55,826 nucleotides of DNA from an uncultured Bacteroidota bacterium (lineage in GTDB: Bacteria > Bacteroidota > Bacteroidia > Flavobacteriales > BACL11), in contig CACHFI010000003.1 in the NCBI GenBank assembly GCA_902579065.1, positions 1 through 55,826 of the forward strand, in the 5' to 3' direction. Position numbers and translations under genes: made by a program. Below are positions 1-9,352 of the stretch, piece by piece. How positions within the stretch are numbered: the first letter of the stretch is position 1; each line of letters opens with the position of its first letter. The notes under the pieces are model-generated. The model saw nothing but the letters and a program-made list of their open reading frames with translations. It made no database searches and was not told the DNA's origin.

Positions 1-2508
1 ATCAAAGTTTGTGGCTAGAGGATCTGTACATCCCAATATACATCCTAATTCGGCTGTTCCTGGAGAACCTAAGACAAATTCACTAGTAGAACCAGTAAAT
101 GATCCGTTACATGTTGGATTACAAGCTAAAGTAACTGAGTCTGTTGATGCTATCCAAGCAGTTGACAAACTATTATCACCATATAAATCACATAAAGCCA
201 AAGATGCACCATTTCCATCAGCAGCACTATTTGCCCAACCATCGTCATAATGAACAGAATCAATAGATAATCCATTAGAATTAACTATTTGTAATAATTG
301 ATCAGTATTACTTAAACCATAAACATCCAACTCATATTCTCCATCTGGAGCAAAACCAAAAACTGTTTGAAAACCACATCCATATGGATTTTGATCACAT
401 CCATTACTAGATCCAGTGTAGGGTCTTTTTGCAATAACATAATAATCTCCAGCGTTTAAAGTTGCAACTGGAAAGTTATATACTGCTCCAGATCCATATC
501 CATTCAAACAGTCATCACAATTTAATGATAATCCTCCAAGATTAATTGCAACAGAGTCACTATTAAAAATCTCAATGTATTCTAAATTATCATAATTTCC
601 TAAATCGTTAAAATTAATTTCAGAAATAACAAGATTAGAAGTTAAATCATTAAAAATAAAAGATAATGTATCATCTATCATTATATTTCCAGAATAATCA
701 GACAATCCAGTAACTATTAGATCATTATTTGTTCCATTAATAAAATTATTTGAAAATGTAACATCAATAGAATCTTGAAAAGAACCAGAAAATTGAGCTG
801 AAGAAATTGTATTACCAGATAATGAAAAGTTAGAAGTACTTACTGAACTTAAAGATTCATTAAATACAATATTTAATGAATTTGAAGAAGTAATATTATA
901 ATTTGCAACAATTGGAGCAGAATTGTCAAGTGGACATAAATCTCCTGGGTTTGCAAAAATAGTTGAACCACTTAAACCTAATCCTGGTAAACAGGATAAA
1001 CAAGAAGAAACTACTAAATCATCTACTGCAGTCCAATTTGTTCCTAAATTAATATCTGATAACACATCACATCTTTCAAGTGAATGACCAGGACCATCTC
1101 CTAAGCTACCTGCCCAACCATCGTCATAATCAAAAAACAATGTTGTGTCACCGAGAGTGTTAACTATTAAAATCTCTTCACCATTATTACTCAAAGCACC
1201 TGAATACCATTGAAAATCAGGAGCAAAACCAAAAAATGTTTGAAAACCACATCCATATGTATAGGTATTACAAGGAGAAGTTCCAGAAAAAGCCCCTTTT
1301 GCTAAAATTGCATATGTACCAGAAGAAAGAGTAAATTCAGGGAATAAAAATGTTATACCATCTACAATTTCTAGCCCACCAAGAGCTAAATCATTAGAAG
1401 AAGAATTGTAGAATTCAAGATATTCTAAATTATCATAATTGCCTGGATCATTAAACATTATTTCAGTAATGGTCAGACCATCTAATAAAGACATATCATT
1501 AAAAATAACTGAAACTGTATCATTAATCATAATATTACCAGCATTATCAGATAATCCAGAAAAATATACATCAGTGTATATCCCTGTTAATAAAGAAGAA
1601 GATAGATTTAATGTTAAAGTATCATTAGTAGAATTTGTTGTTACAGTATTAACTGAAACTCCAGAAAATGATGATGGAGTAGCATTTAATACAGGTTCAG
1701 ACATTGCACACATTAATGTATTCGAATTTGGAGCCCAAAGATCAACCACAGATGGAGGTGTAAGATCACCAACATCTAAAAACACTCTAAAATTATCAAA
1801 TGAACCAAAATCATTACCACCATTTTGAATAGCTCCTACCCTTAACCTCACAAAAGATGCTGTTGAATCAAGAGTTATTTCAAAAGTTTCCCATCCACTT
1901 GTAAATGCTCCACCACCAGAAGTTCCAGCAAATAAAACATTCATAGCTCCCCAATCACTACTGTCATCATATGCAATCTGATAACCTAGATTATCACCAG
2001 AATCAAAACCATTAACATAATAATCAAATGCTAATTTTACATCAAAAGGCCCGCCAATTGGCAAAGGAACAGGAGCAAAATCTATAGTATGCCAAAAAGC
2101 ACCTCCAAAAACTGGAAAAGATGGGATATTTTGGACATTTAAATTAGCTAAAGTTGCTGAATCTCTAATAGAACCATTTGTCCATACTGTATCTGAATAT
2201 GGGTTAGTTATATCTTGAACACCCCAATAATGATTACCATCTGAAGCAGTAGTTATACCTGCTAAAAAAGGGGCTACAACATCAGCATATCCATAAACTT
2301 GAGGGTTAGATGATGTGGAAGAATATGAAGTACCACAAATTCCCCAAATGTCAGTTGGAGGATTGTAAACTGTATATGGATTTGGCAAAGATGTATATGT
2401 CCAAGATCCACTTCCTTCAAAACTTTGTTCTACAATATTACTCTGTGAAAAGAGGGAAAGAGAGGCAAAAGAAAGAAAAAAAACTAATGATAATTTTAAC
2501 GATTTCAT
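1..2508 (-). CDS. Secreted multidomain surface protein, N-terminal part only (C-terminus runs off the left edge): signal peptide, jelly-roll-like N-domain, then two [Ig-like + lamin-tail-domain (LTD)] modules
   Basis: Absent from the ORF track because no stop lies in the window. The reverse-strand ATG at 2508-2506 gives MKSLKLSLVFFLSFASLSLFSQS. I read the frame open down to position 1 (836 codons, ending GCILGCTDPLATNFD). There are two LTD-type cores, LTITEIMFNDPGNYDNLEYLEFYN (from about 1497 downward) and LVISEINFNDLGNYDNLEYIEIFN (from about 640 downward). Each ends in a DDGW...DG.G.SL..CD motif. Confidence 0.85.
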   Translation of the reverse strand, partial: MKSLKLSLVFFLSFASLSLFSQSNIVEQSFEGSGSWTYTSLPNPYTVYNPPTDIWGICGTSYSSTSSNPQVYGYADVVAPFLAGITTASDGNHYWGVQDITNPYSDTVWTNGSIRDSATLANLNVQNIPSFPVFGGAFWHTIDFAPVPLPIGGPFDVKLAFDYYVNGFDSGDNLGYQIAYDDSSDWGAMNVLFAGTSGGGAFTSGWETFEITLDSTASFVRLRVGAIQNGGNDFGSFDNFRVFLDVGDLTPPSVVDLWAPNSNTLMCAMSEPVLNATPSSFSGVSVNTVTTNSTNDTLTLNLSSSLLTGIYTDVYFSGLSDNAGNIMINDTVSVIFNDMSLLDGLTITEIMFNDPGNYDNLEYLEFYNSSSNDLALGGLEIVDGITFLFPEFTLSSGTYAILAKGAFSGTSPCNTYTYGCGFQTFFGFAPDFQWYSGALSNNGEEILIVNTLGDTTLFFDYDDGWAGSLGDGPGHSLERCDVLSDINLGTNWTAVDDLVVSSCLSCLPGLGLSGSTIFANPGDLCPLDNSAPIVANYNITSSNSLNIVFNESLSSVSTSNFSLSGNTISSAQFSGSFQDSIDVTFSNNFINGTNNDLIVTGLSDYSGNIMIDDTLSFIFNDLTSNLVISEINFNDLGNYDNLEYIEIFNSDSVAINLGGLSLNCDDCLNGYGSGAVYNFPVATLNAGDYYVIAKRPYTGSSNGCDQNPYGCGFQTVFGFAPDGEYELDVYGLSNTDQLLQIVNSNGLSIDSVHYDDGWANSAADGNGASLALCDLYGDNSLSTAWIASTDSVTLACNPTCNGSFTGSTSEFVLGSPGTAELGCILGCTDPLATNFD

Positions 2509-2644
2509 GTGAATATAATTTTTGGTTATTTTAATAAACCAAACCTATTTCACTAAAATTTCATAAATCTTAATCGAATATAAATTAATTAATAACAAAA
2601 AAACAAAATTTGTAAAGATTAAGTTAACTAAAAATTATCTTATA

Positions 2645-3397
2645 TTAATTTAATATTATTTTTCTGGTGTAACTTATGTTTTGGAATTTATTTTGAAAAA
2701 CAATAAAATAATATCCTCTTTTAAGATAGCCTAAATCAAGAAAAAAATCCTTGCTTCTAACAATTCCTGAATCTACAATTCTCCCATATAAATCAATTAT
2801 TTCATACTCATCAACAACATAATTAGTATTTATCTTAAAAATTGATTTAGAAGGAATCGGGGAAATTCTAATTTTCTCAAAAGCTTTATGATTTATATTT
2901 GAAGGATTATTATTTGCACCAAAAGTATAGTTAGTTGTTAAAGTAAAAGGACCAGTAGCATTAGGTATCCTAGCCCAAGCAGTATCAGTAGGTAAGTTGT
3001 TCCAATGAATAGTATCTACTAAATTACCAGCTGGATCTTTAAAATATACAGTTTCGCCATCTTTATTAATTTTAAAATTAGCATGCATATCACTATTCCA
3101 ACCATTTGAGTTTTGAAATAATTGATCATCACACCAAATGACAATATACCCATAAGCTGCAATGGTAGTATCAGGAAAAAACCAGGATGTTATATTTGGA
3201 TCATCATACAACTTATATCCATTTAAATTAACAGGAATAGAACTATTGTTATAAATTTCTAGCCAATCATCATAATCTCCATAGCTATCTGTCATTAAAG
3301 AATCGTTTGAAGCAAGTACTTCATTAAATAATAAATTTTGAGATATTAAAAAATTTGAACAAATCAAAAAGTTTAAAAGTAGAGTTATTTTTTTCAC
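2645..3397 (-). CDS. Secreted lamin-tail-domain (LTD) protein with T9SS type-A C-terminal sorting domain
   Basis: 250 aa with a GTG start. Signal peptide MKKITLLLNFLICSNFLISQ. LTD core FNEVLASNDS...YGDYDDWLEIYNNSSIPVNLNGYKLYDD...GYIVIWCD. The C-terminal ~75 aa (IRISPIPSKS...YEIIDLYGRIV...GYYFIVF) match the Por-secretion tail pattern. Confidence 0.85.
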   Translation of the reverse strand: MKKITLLLNFLICSNFLISQNLLFNEVLASNDSLMTDSYGDYDDWLEIYNNSSIPVNLNGYKLYDDPNITSWFFPDTTIAAYGYIVIWCDDQLFQNSNGWNSDMHANFKINKDGETVYFKDPAGNLVDTIHWNNLPTDTAWARIPNATGPFTLTTNYTFGANNNPSNINHKAFEKIRISPIPSKSIFKINTNYVVDEYEIIDLYGRIVDSGIVRSKDFFLDLGYLKRGYYFIVFQNKFQNISYTRKIILN

Positions 3398-3539
3398 AAT
3401 TTTTATTTTGCAAAAAACTAAAGATATTTGAAACTACTGTTACCTATGAATTAACAAATTATTAATCTAAATGTCATACTATTAACATCAAATTAATAAT
3501 TTATTAAATTTTAAAAAACTTCAAAAAAATGGCATAAAT

Positions 3540-3547
3540 TAATTTTG
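3540..3547 (+). promoter_or_regulatory. Bacteroidota-type -7 promoter box (TAnnTTTG)
   Basis: TAATTTTG, 4 nt upstream of the GTG start at 3552. Confidence 0.45.
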
Positions 3548-3551
3548 TTAT

Positions 3552-6311
3552 GTGAAAAATTTATTTTACGTATGTGTGTTTTTATTAATTAGCAATAATT
3601 TATTTTGTCAAACTGCATCTCTTTCTGTAAATCAATCTAACTTATGCCAAGCAGACACAATAATAATTGATATTAATATCGTTGGGGGAATTGGCCCATT
3701 TACTGCAGCATTTAGTTTTTTTCCATATACTGCAAATCTAAATAGCGGATCAAATTTATTTACTATTCCAATACAAAATTCAACAAACTTTAACCTTTAC
3801 TATGTTTCAGATCAAGGAAATGGTGGATCAATTTTAACATTATTAAATTCATCTTTACAAGTTACAATTAATTCATCTCCAATAATTTACATTGATTCAA
3901 GTCAAATTGACTTATGCTATGGTGATATACATACTATTTTGCCTAATATTAATAGCTCTGCACCTATTAGTTTTAATATATTTAATAATACTGACACATT
4001 ATTTTTTAATAATTACTCTAATGGTGATTCAATTTTATTACAAGCAAGTACAAACACCATTTACTATATTGACAATGTTATAGATAATAATGGATGTATC
4101 GGAAGTTCTGTTGGATTTATTAATATAAATCTATTATCTGTTTCTGCTAGCTTAAATCCAATTAACAATTTATGTGAAAATCAAGCTAGCTTTTTAATTG
4201 ATAATGGATTTCCAACAGGTGGAGACTATTACGTAAATGGAACAATTACAGACAGTATAACTCCTAACTATTTAGGTAGCGGAACACATTCTTTAGAATA
4301 TATTTATAATAATAATATTGGTTGTTCAGATTCAGCATCAATACTGATAACAATATATCCACAACCTTCAGTACAATTATTGGGCATAAATAATGAGTAT
4401 TGTAATAACAATAAACCATTTTTATTAAATCACGCTATTCCATCAGGAGGACAATATTTTTTAAATAATATTTTATCATCTGTTTTTGATCCATCTTTAT
4501 TAAATATTGGATATAATTTATTAATGTACGAATATACCGATACTAATAATTGTTCTAGCAAAGATTCTATAAACATAAATATTTTATCATCTACACCAAT
4601 TAATCTAAACCCAATAAATAATACTTGTGATAATGGCAATAATATAATCCTTAATAATGCTTCACCTACTGGAGGTAATTTTTATGTAAATGAAAATTTA
4701 TATAATCAAAATTCATTGAATCCAAAAATTTTAGGTTTAGGAACCCATGAAGTTAAATATGAATTTATTGATACTAATGGATGTATATCAATAGACAGTA
4801 TAAGTTTTGAGATATTTGAAAGCCCTAATATTAGTTTTATAATTAACAATCCTAAATGCTTTGATTCCACAGGAAGTGTTCTGTTGAATATTAGTGGGGG
4901 AACTCAGCCTTATTTAGAAAACTGGTATTCAGCAAATCCAAATCAGCTTACAAATGGTTTGTATTATTTAACTATTATTGATAGCAATCAATGTATTATT
5001 GACACATCATTTAATATAGTAAGCCCAAGTAATATTAATGTTCAAACACTTAATATTGAAAATAATATTTGTTTTGGTGATAGCTTAGGTTATATAACAA
5101 TAGCTGTTACTGGGGGAACTCCAAATTATAATATTAATTGGAGTGGGCCAAATGGCTACAATTCAAATCAAATTTCAATTTACAATTTAAAAAGTGGGAT
5201 TTATTCTTATGTTTTGAATGATATTAATGGATGTAGTGTTTCAAATAACTTTGAAATTGAAGATATTAATGATGAATTAATTTATAATTTTTCTCACCCA
5301 AATCAAAGCATTTGTCAAAATGAAAGTGCAGTTATAATTTCTCAGGTTTCAGGGGCTAGTTTTCCATGTTCAATTATTTATAAAATTAATAATAATGAAA
5401 AAAGCTTGTTATATGATGGAATAAATAATCCAATTTATGACCTGGACAGTTCATCAAATCTATATTTTGATAAAATCATTGATAATAATGGATGTATAAA
5501 AAAAATAGATTTTGGTTTTTTTATGGAGGTTAATCCAATACCATCAGGAAATATTAATGGTGGAAGTACAGTGTGTAGTATTGATACACTACTTGAAATT
5601 ATAATATCTACTGATGCTGTAAAACCATATAATTTAACATATACAAATTCATCTGACACTTTTAATATTAATAATATTAATTCAGATTTTTATAGTTTTC
5701 TTTCCAATGTTCAGGGAGTTTATAAAATTTTAAAGATTGAAGATAAAAATATATGTATTAATGAAAATTTCAATTCATATACTGAAATAAAATTGTTTCC
5801 TGAATACAAAACAGATTTTTATGTCTCAGACTATAATATTTTTATTGATCAACAAATAGAAATTGTTGATTTATCACCAAATCTAAATAAATCATATTGG
5901 ATCATTGGTAATGATGAGTTTAATGTCAATCAGGAAAGTTTCTTTTATAGTTTTTTAGATACTGGTAATGTTGAAATTGTATTAATTTCTTCTAATGAAA
6001 ATAACTGTATTGATACGGTGATTAAAAACATTAACATTTATCCTAGATTAGAGTACTATGTTCCTAATTCATTTACTCCAAACAATGACAGGTTAAATGA
6101 TGAATTTGAAATTAAATGTAATGGTGCAAAAGAAATTGAAATAACTATTTTTAATAGATGGGGAGAGAAAATCTTTTATAAAAAATCTAACACTAATATT
6201 GCTTGGACAGGAGATAATCAAGCAAGCGGAATTTATTTATACAAATTAAGAATTGTTGACTTCAAAGACTCAATTACCAATAAAATTGGAGAGTTATTAT
6301 TGATAAAGTAG
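3552..6311 (+). CDS. Large cell-surface adhesin-like protein with SprB-type repeats and a T9SS type-B (gliding-motility-associated, CHU_C-like) C-terminal domain
   Basis: 919 aa with a GTG start and signal peptide MKNLFYVCVFLLISNNLFCQ. Three ~75-aa repeats of the form NPINN.C.N......N..PTGG.YYVNG. Two SprB-like repeats (CFDSTGSVLLNISGGTQPY..., CFGDSLGYITIAVTGGTPNYNINWSGPNGY). C-terminal YYVPNSFTPNNDRLNDEF...IFNRWGEKIF...GIYLYKL is the type-B CTD signature. Confidence 0.9.
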   Translation: MKNLFYVCVFLLISNNLFCQTASLSVNQSNLCQADTIIIDINIVGGIGPFTAAFSFFPYTANLNSGSNLFTIPIQNSTNFNLYYVSDQGNGGSILTLLNSSLQVTINSSPIIYIDSSQIDLCYGDIHTILPNINSSAPISFNIFNNTDTLFFNNYSNGDSILLQASTNTIYYIDNVIDNNGCIGSSVGFININLLSVSASLNPINNLCENQASFLIDNGFPTGGDYYVNGTITDSITPNYLGSGTHSLEYIYNNNIGCSDSASILITIYPQPSVQLLGINNEYCNNNKPFLLNHAIPSGGQYFLNNILSSVFDPSLLNIGYNLLMYEYTDTNNCSSKDSININILSSTPINLNPINNTCDNGNNIILNNASPTGGNFYVNENLYNQNSLNPKILGLGTHEVKYEFIDTNGCISIDSISFEIFESPNISFIINNPKCFDSTGSVLLNISGGTQPYLENWYSANPNQLTNGLYYLTIIDSNQCIIDTSFNIVSPSNINVQTLNIENNICFGDSLGYITIAVTGGTPNYNINWSGPNGYNSNQISIYNLKSGIYSYVLNDINGCSVSNNFEIEDINDELIYNFSHPNQSICQNESAVIISQVSGASFPCSIIYKINNNEKSLLYDGINNPIYDLDSSSNLYFDKIIDNNGCIKKIDFGFFMEVNPIPSGNINGGSTVCSIDTLLEIIISTDAVKPYNLTYTNSSDTFNINNINSDFYSFLSNVQGVYKILKIEDKNICINENFNSYTEIKLFPEYKTDFYVSDYNIFIDQQIEIVDLSPNLNKSYWIIGNDEFNVNQESFFYSFLDTGNVEIVLISSNENNCIDTVIKNINIYPRLEYYVPNSFTPNNDRLNDEFEIKCNGAKEIEITIFNRWGEKIFYKKSNTNIAWTGDNQASGIYLYKLRIVDFKDSITNKIGELLLIK

Positions 6312-6373
6312 ACTTTACATAAATTTAAAATATAGTATACACTAATTCTAATCAAAAAAATTTTATTTGTTCA

Positions 6374-7552
6374 ATGAAAATATTATTAAATCTTTCAGTA
6401 ATTACTGTTTTATTTATTACAACTTCCTGCCTCAAAGAAGAAGATATAGATCCAATTTCAACACCTACAAATTCTTATAACTTCTTATATCAAGAAAATA
6501 ATTGTAATGTTATTAGCGGTGAAATAAATGAGGATTTTACTATTAACTCAGATCAATGTTGGAAAATAAGAGGTAATACATATGTAAACTCTGGTGTAAT
6601 TTTAACTATAGAATCAGGAGCAACCATTACAGCTGAATCTTATAGTTCTCCTACTTATTTATCAATTAGACAAGGAGGGAAAATTATTGCTCAAGGAACA
6701 AGTGATCAACCAATCCGATTTACCCATGAAGATCTTATTACTGAATCTTGGTCAGGTATTCATATTAATGGTTTTGCACAAACAAATAAAAATAACGGTT
6801 ATGCAAGTGGTTATGAGAATACTGGTGATTATGGTGGAAATAATAATGAAGATAATTCAGGTATTTTAAAATATATAATTATTGAGTATGCAGGGCAAGA
6901 ACTTGAGCCAGGTAAAAAATCAAATGGTTTGCAACTTAATGGTGTTGGATCAAATACTTTAGTAGATTATGTTCAAATATATAATTGTAAAAACGATGGA
7001 TTAAAAATAAATGGTGGATCAGTTGATGTAAACCATTTAGTTGTAACCCATATAGATCAAGATTGTGTTGATTTAGAATATGGTTGGATAGGAACAGGTT
7101 CATATTGGTATATTGAACAAATAGAAGAAATTGGTTCTGATGAAGCAATTCAAATTGATAATGACGAAACATTTCCTGAAGCTATCCCAAGAACAAATCT
7201 TAATTTATCGAATATAACTGTTAATGGGTTTGGAGAAGAATCTGCAGTAAGAGTAAGAAGTGGTGCTAGAGTTGATATTCAAAACTTATTAATAGATAAC
7301 TTTGATTTAGGAATAGAAATAACTGGTTCACATTGTAATTTATCAGTTATGGATTATAGTGTAACCTTTTCAAATGTTTCTATAAATAATTGTAGTCAAA
7401 ATATTCAATATACTCCATCAGTTGCTGAACCATCTGGCTCACTGAATGGAAATGATCAAATAATCGCTCAATGGACTGCAAATTCAACCTCTAATGGATG
7501 TGAGGCAATATATGGAAGTGGATGGATGAATAATTGGGTTAAACAATTCTAA
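6374..7552 (+). CDS. Hypothetical lipoprotein, possibly a parallel beta-helix fold
   Basis: 392 aa with lipobox LFITTSC. Repetitive G/N/D-rich segments (LQLNGVGSNT..., LKINGGSVDV..., VRVRSGARVDIQN..., IEITGSH) are suggestive of beta-helix turns. No catalytic motif recognised. Confidence 0.8.
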   Translation: MKILLNLSVITVLFITTSCLKEEDIDPISTPTNSYNFLYQENNCNVISGEINEDFTINSDQCWKIRGNTYVNSGVILTIESGATITAESYSSPTYLSIRQGGKIIAQGTSDQPIRFTHEDLITESWSGIHINGFAQTNKNNGYASGYENTGDYGGNNNEDNSGILKYIIIEYAGQELEPGKKSNGLQLNGVGSNTLVDYVQIYNCKNDGLKINGGSVDVNHLVVTHIDQDCVDLEYGWIGTGSYWYIEQIEEIGSDEAIQIDNDETFPEAIPRTNLNLSNITVNGFGEESAVRVRSGARVDIQNLLIDNFDLGIEITGSHCNLSVMDYSVTFSNVSINNCSQNIQYTPSVAEPSGSLNGNDQIIAQWTANSTSNGCEAIYGSGWMNNWVKQF

Positions 7553-7553
7553 A

Positions 7554-8228
7554 ATGAAAATTTTATTAATTTCATTCTTGTCATTAATTTTTAGTGAAAC
7601 TCTTGTACCAAACAAAAAAATTAAAATTAATGCTGGAGAACCATCAGGCATATATTGCTCTAATGGAAAATGTATCATTTCAAGTGATGATGGAAATGTA
7701 TATTCATTTAATCCTGAAAATTATCAAATTGAAAATCTTAAAATTTATGGTGAAGATTTTGAAGGCGTAACAATTAGTGGAAATAATATTTATTTAATCG
7801 AAGAAAGATCTAGAAAATTACTTAAATATGATAATGAATTTCAACTTTTAAAAACTGTTACTCTACCATACTCTGGCAGGCTAAACAGAGGATATGAAGG
7901 AGTTACACATTATAATAACAACTTATTTGTAATAACTGAAAAAAATCCATGCTTACTTACTATCCTAAATAAAGATTTGCAGATTACTAATCAAGTTCTT
8001 TTAAATATCAAAGAGGCATCTGATATAATTATTTATAAAGATGAATTATTGGTTTTAAGCGAACAAGATCATTGTATATATGTTTTAGATATAACAAATT
8101 ATAAAATCAAAAAAAAATTCAACCTAAATTTAATTGGAGCTGAAGGAATATGTATATATAAAAATCAAATGCTCATTACCTCCGATAAACTTTCGACTGT
8201 ATACTTTTTTGACATTCCAGAATTATGA
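7554..8228 (+). CDS. Exported SdiA-regulated/YjiK-like (phytase-like beta-propeller) domain protein
   Basis: 224 aa with an N-terminal signal. Motifs GEPSGIYCS, DFEGVTISGNNIYLIEERS and YEGVTHYNNNLFVITEK resemble the SdiA-regulated family (PF06977, from memory). Starts 1 nt after the upstream stop. Confidence 0.7.
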   Translation: MKILLISFLSLIFSETLVPNKKIKINAGEPSGIYCSNGKCIISSDDGNVYSFNPENYQIENLKIYGEDFEGVTISGNNIYLIEERSRKLLKYDNEFQLLKTVTLPYSGRLNRGYEGVTHYNNNLFVITEKNPCLLTILNKDLQITNQVLLNIKEASDIIIYKDELLVLSEQDHCIYVLDITNYKIKKKFNLNLIGAEGICIYKNQMLITSDKLSTVYFFDIPEL

Positions 8229-9352
8229 AAAAATTATTTTTCTTTTTATTGATTCCAAATTTGGTGTTTTCACAATATACTTTTAATAAAGGCTATGATA
8301 ATTTAGAAATTAGAGGAAATATAACGACATATTATAAATATAGATGGTACCCTAATGATTCAATAGAAACAAATAATAAACAAGAAAAAAATCTATTTAA
8401 ACTAAAAGATGCAAGAATTAAGCTAGAAGGAAGTGTTAGTAAAAGAAAGATTGAATATGAAATGCATTTAGATTTTGCTAAACTCAAAGACAACGAACAG
8501 CCCTTAATGGATGCATATGTAACATTCAATAATAAACTTGAAACTACTGTTGGCTTTACTAAACTTCCTTTTTCAAGACATAGTAAAACAGCAATAATCT
8601 ACCAACCATGGCTAAAAAGAGCTCAAATTATCGATGAAGGTCAACATAGAAGAGATATAGGTCTGCATTTATCTTATGGAATATTAAATGATAAAATTCA
8701 ATTATTTAGTTCTATTGTTGATGGAGAAAAAGATTTAGTTTCTGATAATGATGCAAGTGGAAACCTTGAATACATTGGCAGAATTGAACTTGCATACCCA
8801 ACAAAAATGAAATATAGATCTCTAGATTTAGCTCATTCCTCCACTCCTATTTTTTCTCTAGGTTCCAGTTATCGATCTTCTACAAAAAGCGAAACAGATG
8901 TTTTTGATGAAATCATATATTATAAAATAAATGGAACAAAAAAATCATATGAATTTGATTTCGCTATAATGTACAAAGGTTTTAGTTTTTTAGCTGAAGC
9001 TCATAGTATTGACTATTTATGGGAAAATTCTCAAAGAGAAAATTCTAATACAATTGGATTACTAATTGAGGGAAACTATCTTCTTAAAAGATATAATTCC
9101 GTATTTGCTTTAAGATATGATCATACAGATATAAATGGTACAGTTTCTTTACCTGGAATTCAACAACAAACAATAAGTATTGGATACAACTACAGATTTA
9201 ATGAACACATGAATGTACTTAAAATCCAGTTCAGAAGAGAAATATACGATGGCAATATGAATAGTATTGGAGATTTATTTTCTCCACCATTAAATACATC
9301 AAATCCATTTAAAAATGAAATTCGAATTGGTCTACAATACATCATTGGTTAA
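8225..9352 (+). CDS. Outer-membrane porin, phosphate-selective porin O/P-like
   Basis: 375 aa with signal peptide MKKLFFFLLIPNLVFSQ. FKLKDARIKLEG...YEMHLDF...LMDAYVTF...VGFTKLPFSR matches my memory of the Porin_O_P family core. Alternating beta-strand pattern throughout. 4-nt overlap (ATGA) with the upstream gene. Confidence 0.7.
   Translation: MKKLFFFLLIPNLVFSQYTFNKGYDNLEIRGNITTYYKYRWYPNDSIETNNKQEKNLFKLKDARIKLEGSVSKRKIEYEMHLDFAKLKDNEQPLMDAYVTFNNKLETTVGFTKLPFSRHSKTAIIYQPWLKRAQIIDEGQHRRDIGLHLSYGILNDKIQLFSSIVDGEKDLVSDNDASGNLEYIGRIELAYPTKMKYRSLDLAHSSTPIFSLGSSYRSSTKSETDVFDEIIYYKINGTKKSYEFDFAIMYKGFSFLAEAHSIDYLWENSQRENSNTIGLLIEGNYLLKRYNSVFALRYDHTDINGTVSLPGIQQQTISIGYNYRFNEHMNVLKIQFRREIYDGNMNSIGDLFSPPLNTSNPFKNEIRIGLQYIIG

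Noticed and set aside
11-2534. Plus-strand ORFs 11-250, 1439-1828 and 2310-2534 from the ORF track
   Set aside because: They lie antisense inside one uninterrupted 836-codon minus-strand frame with a signal peptide and recognisable LTD domains. Their translations are low-complexity and carry no motifs, so they are shadow ORFs.
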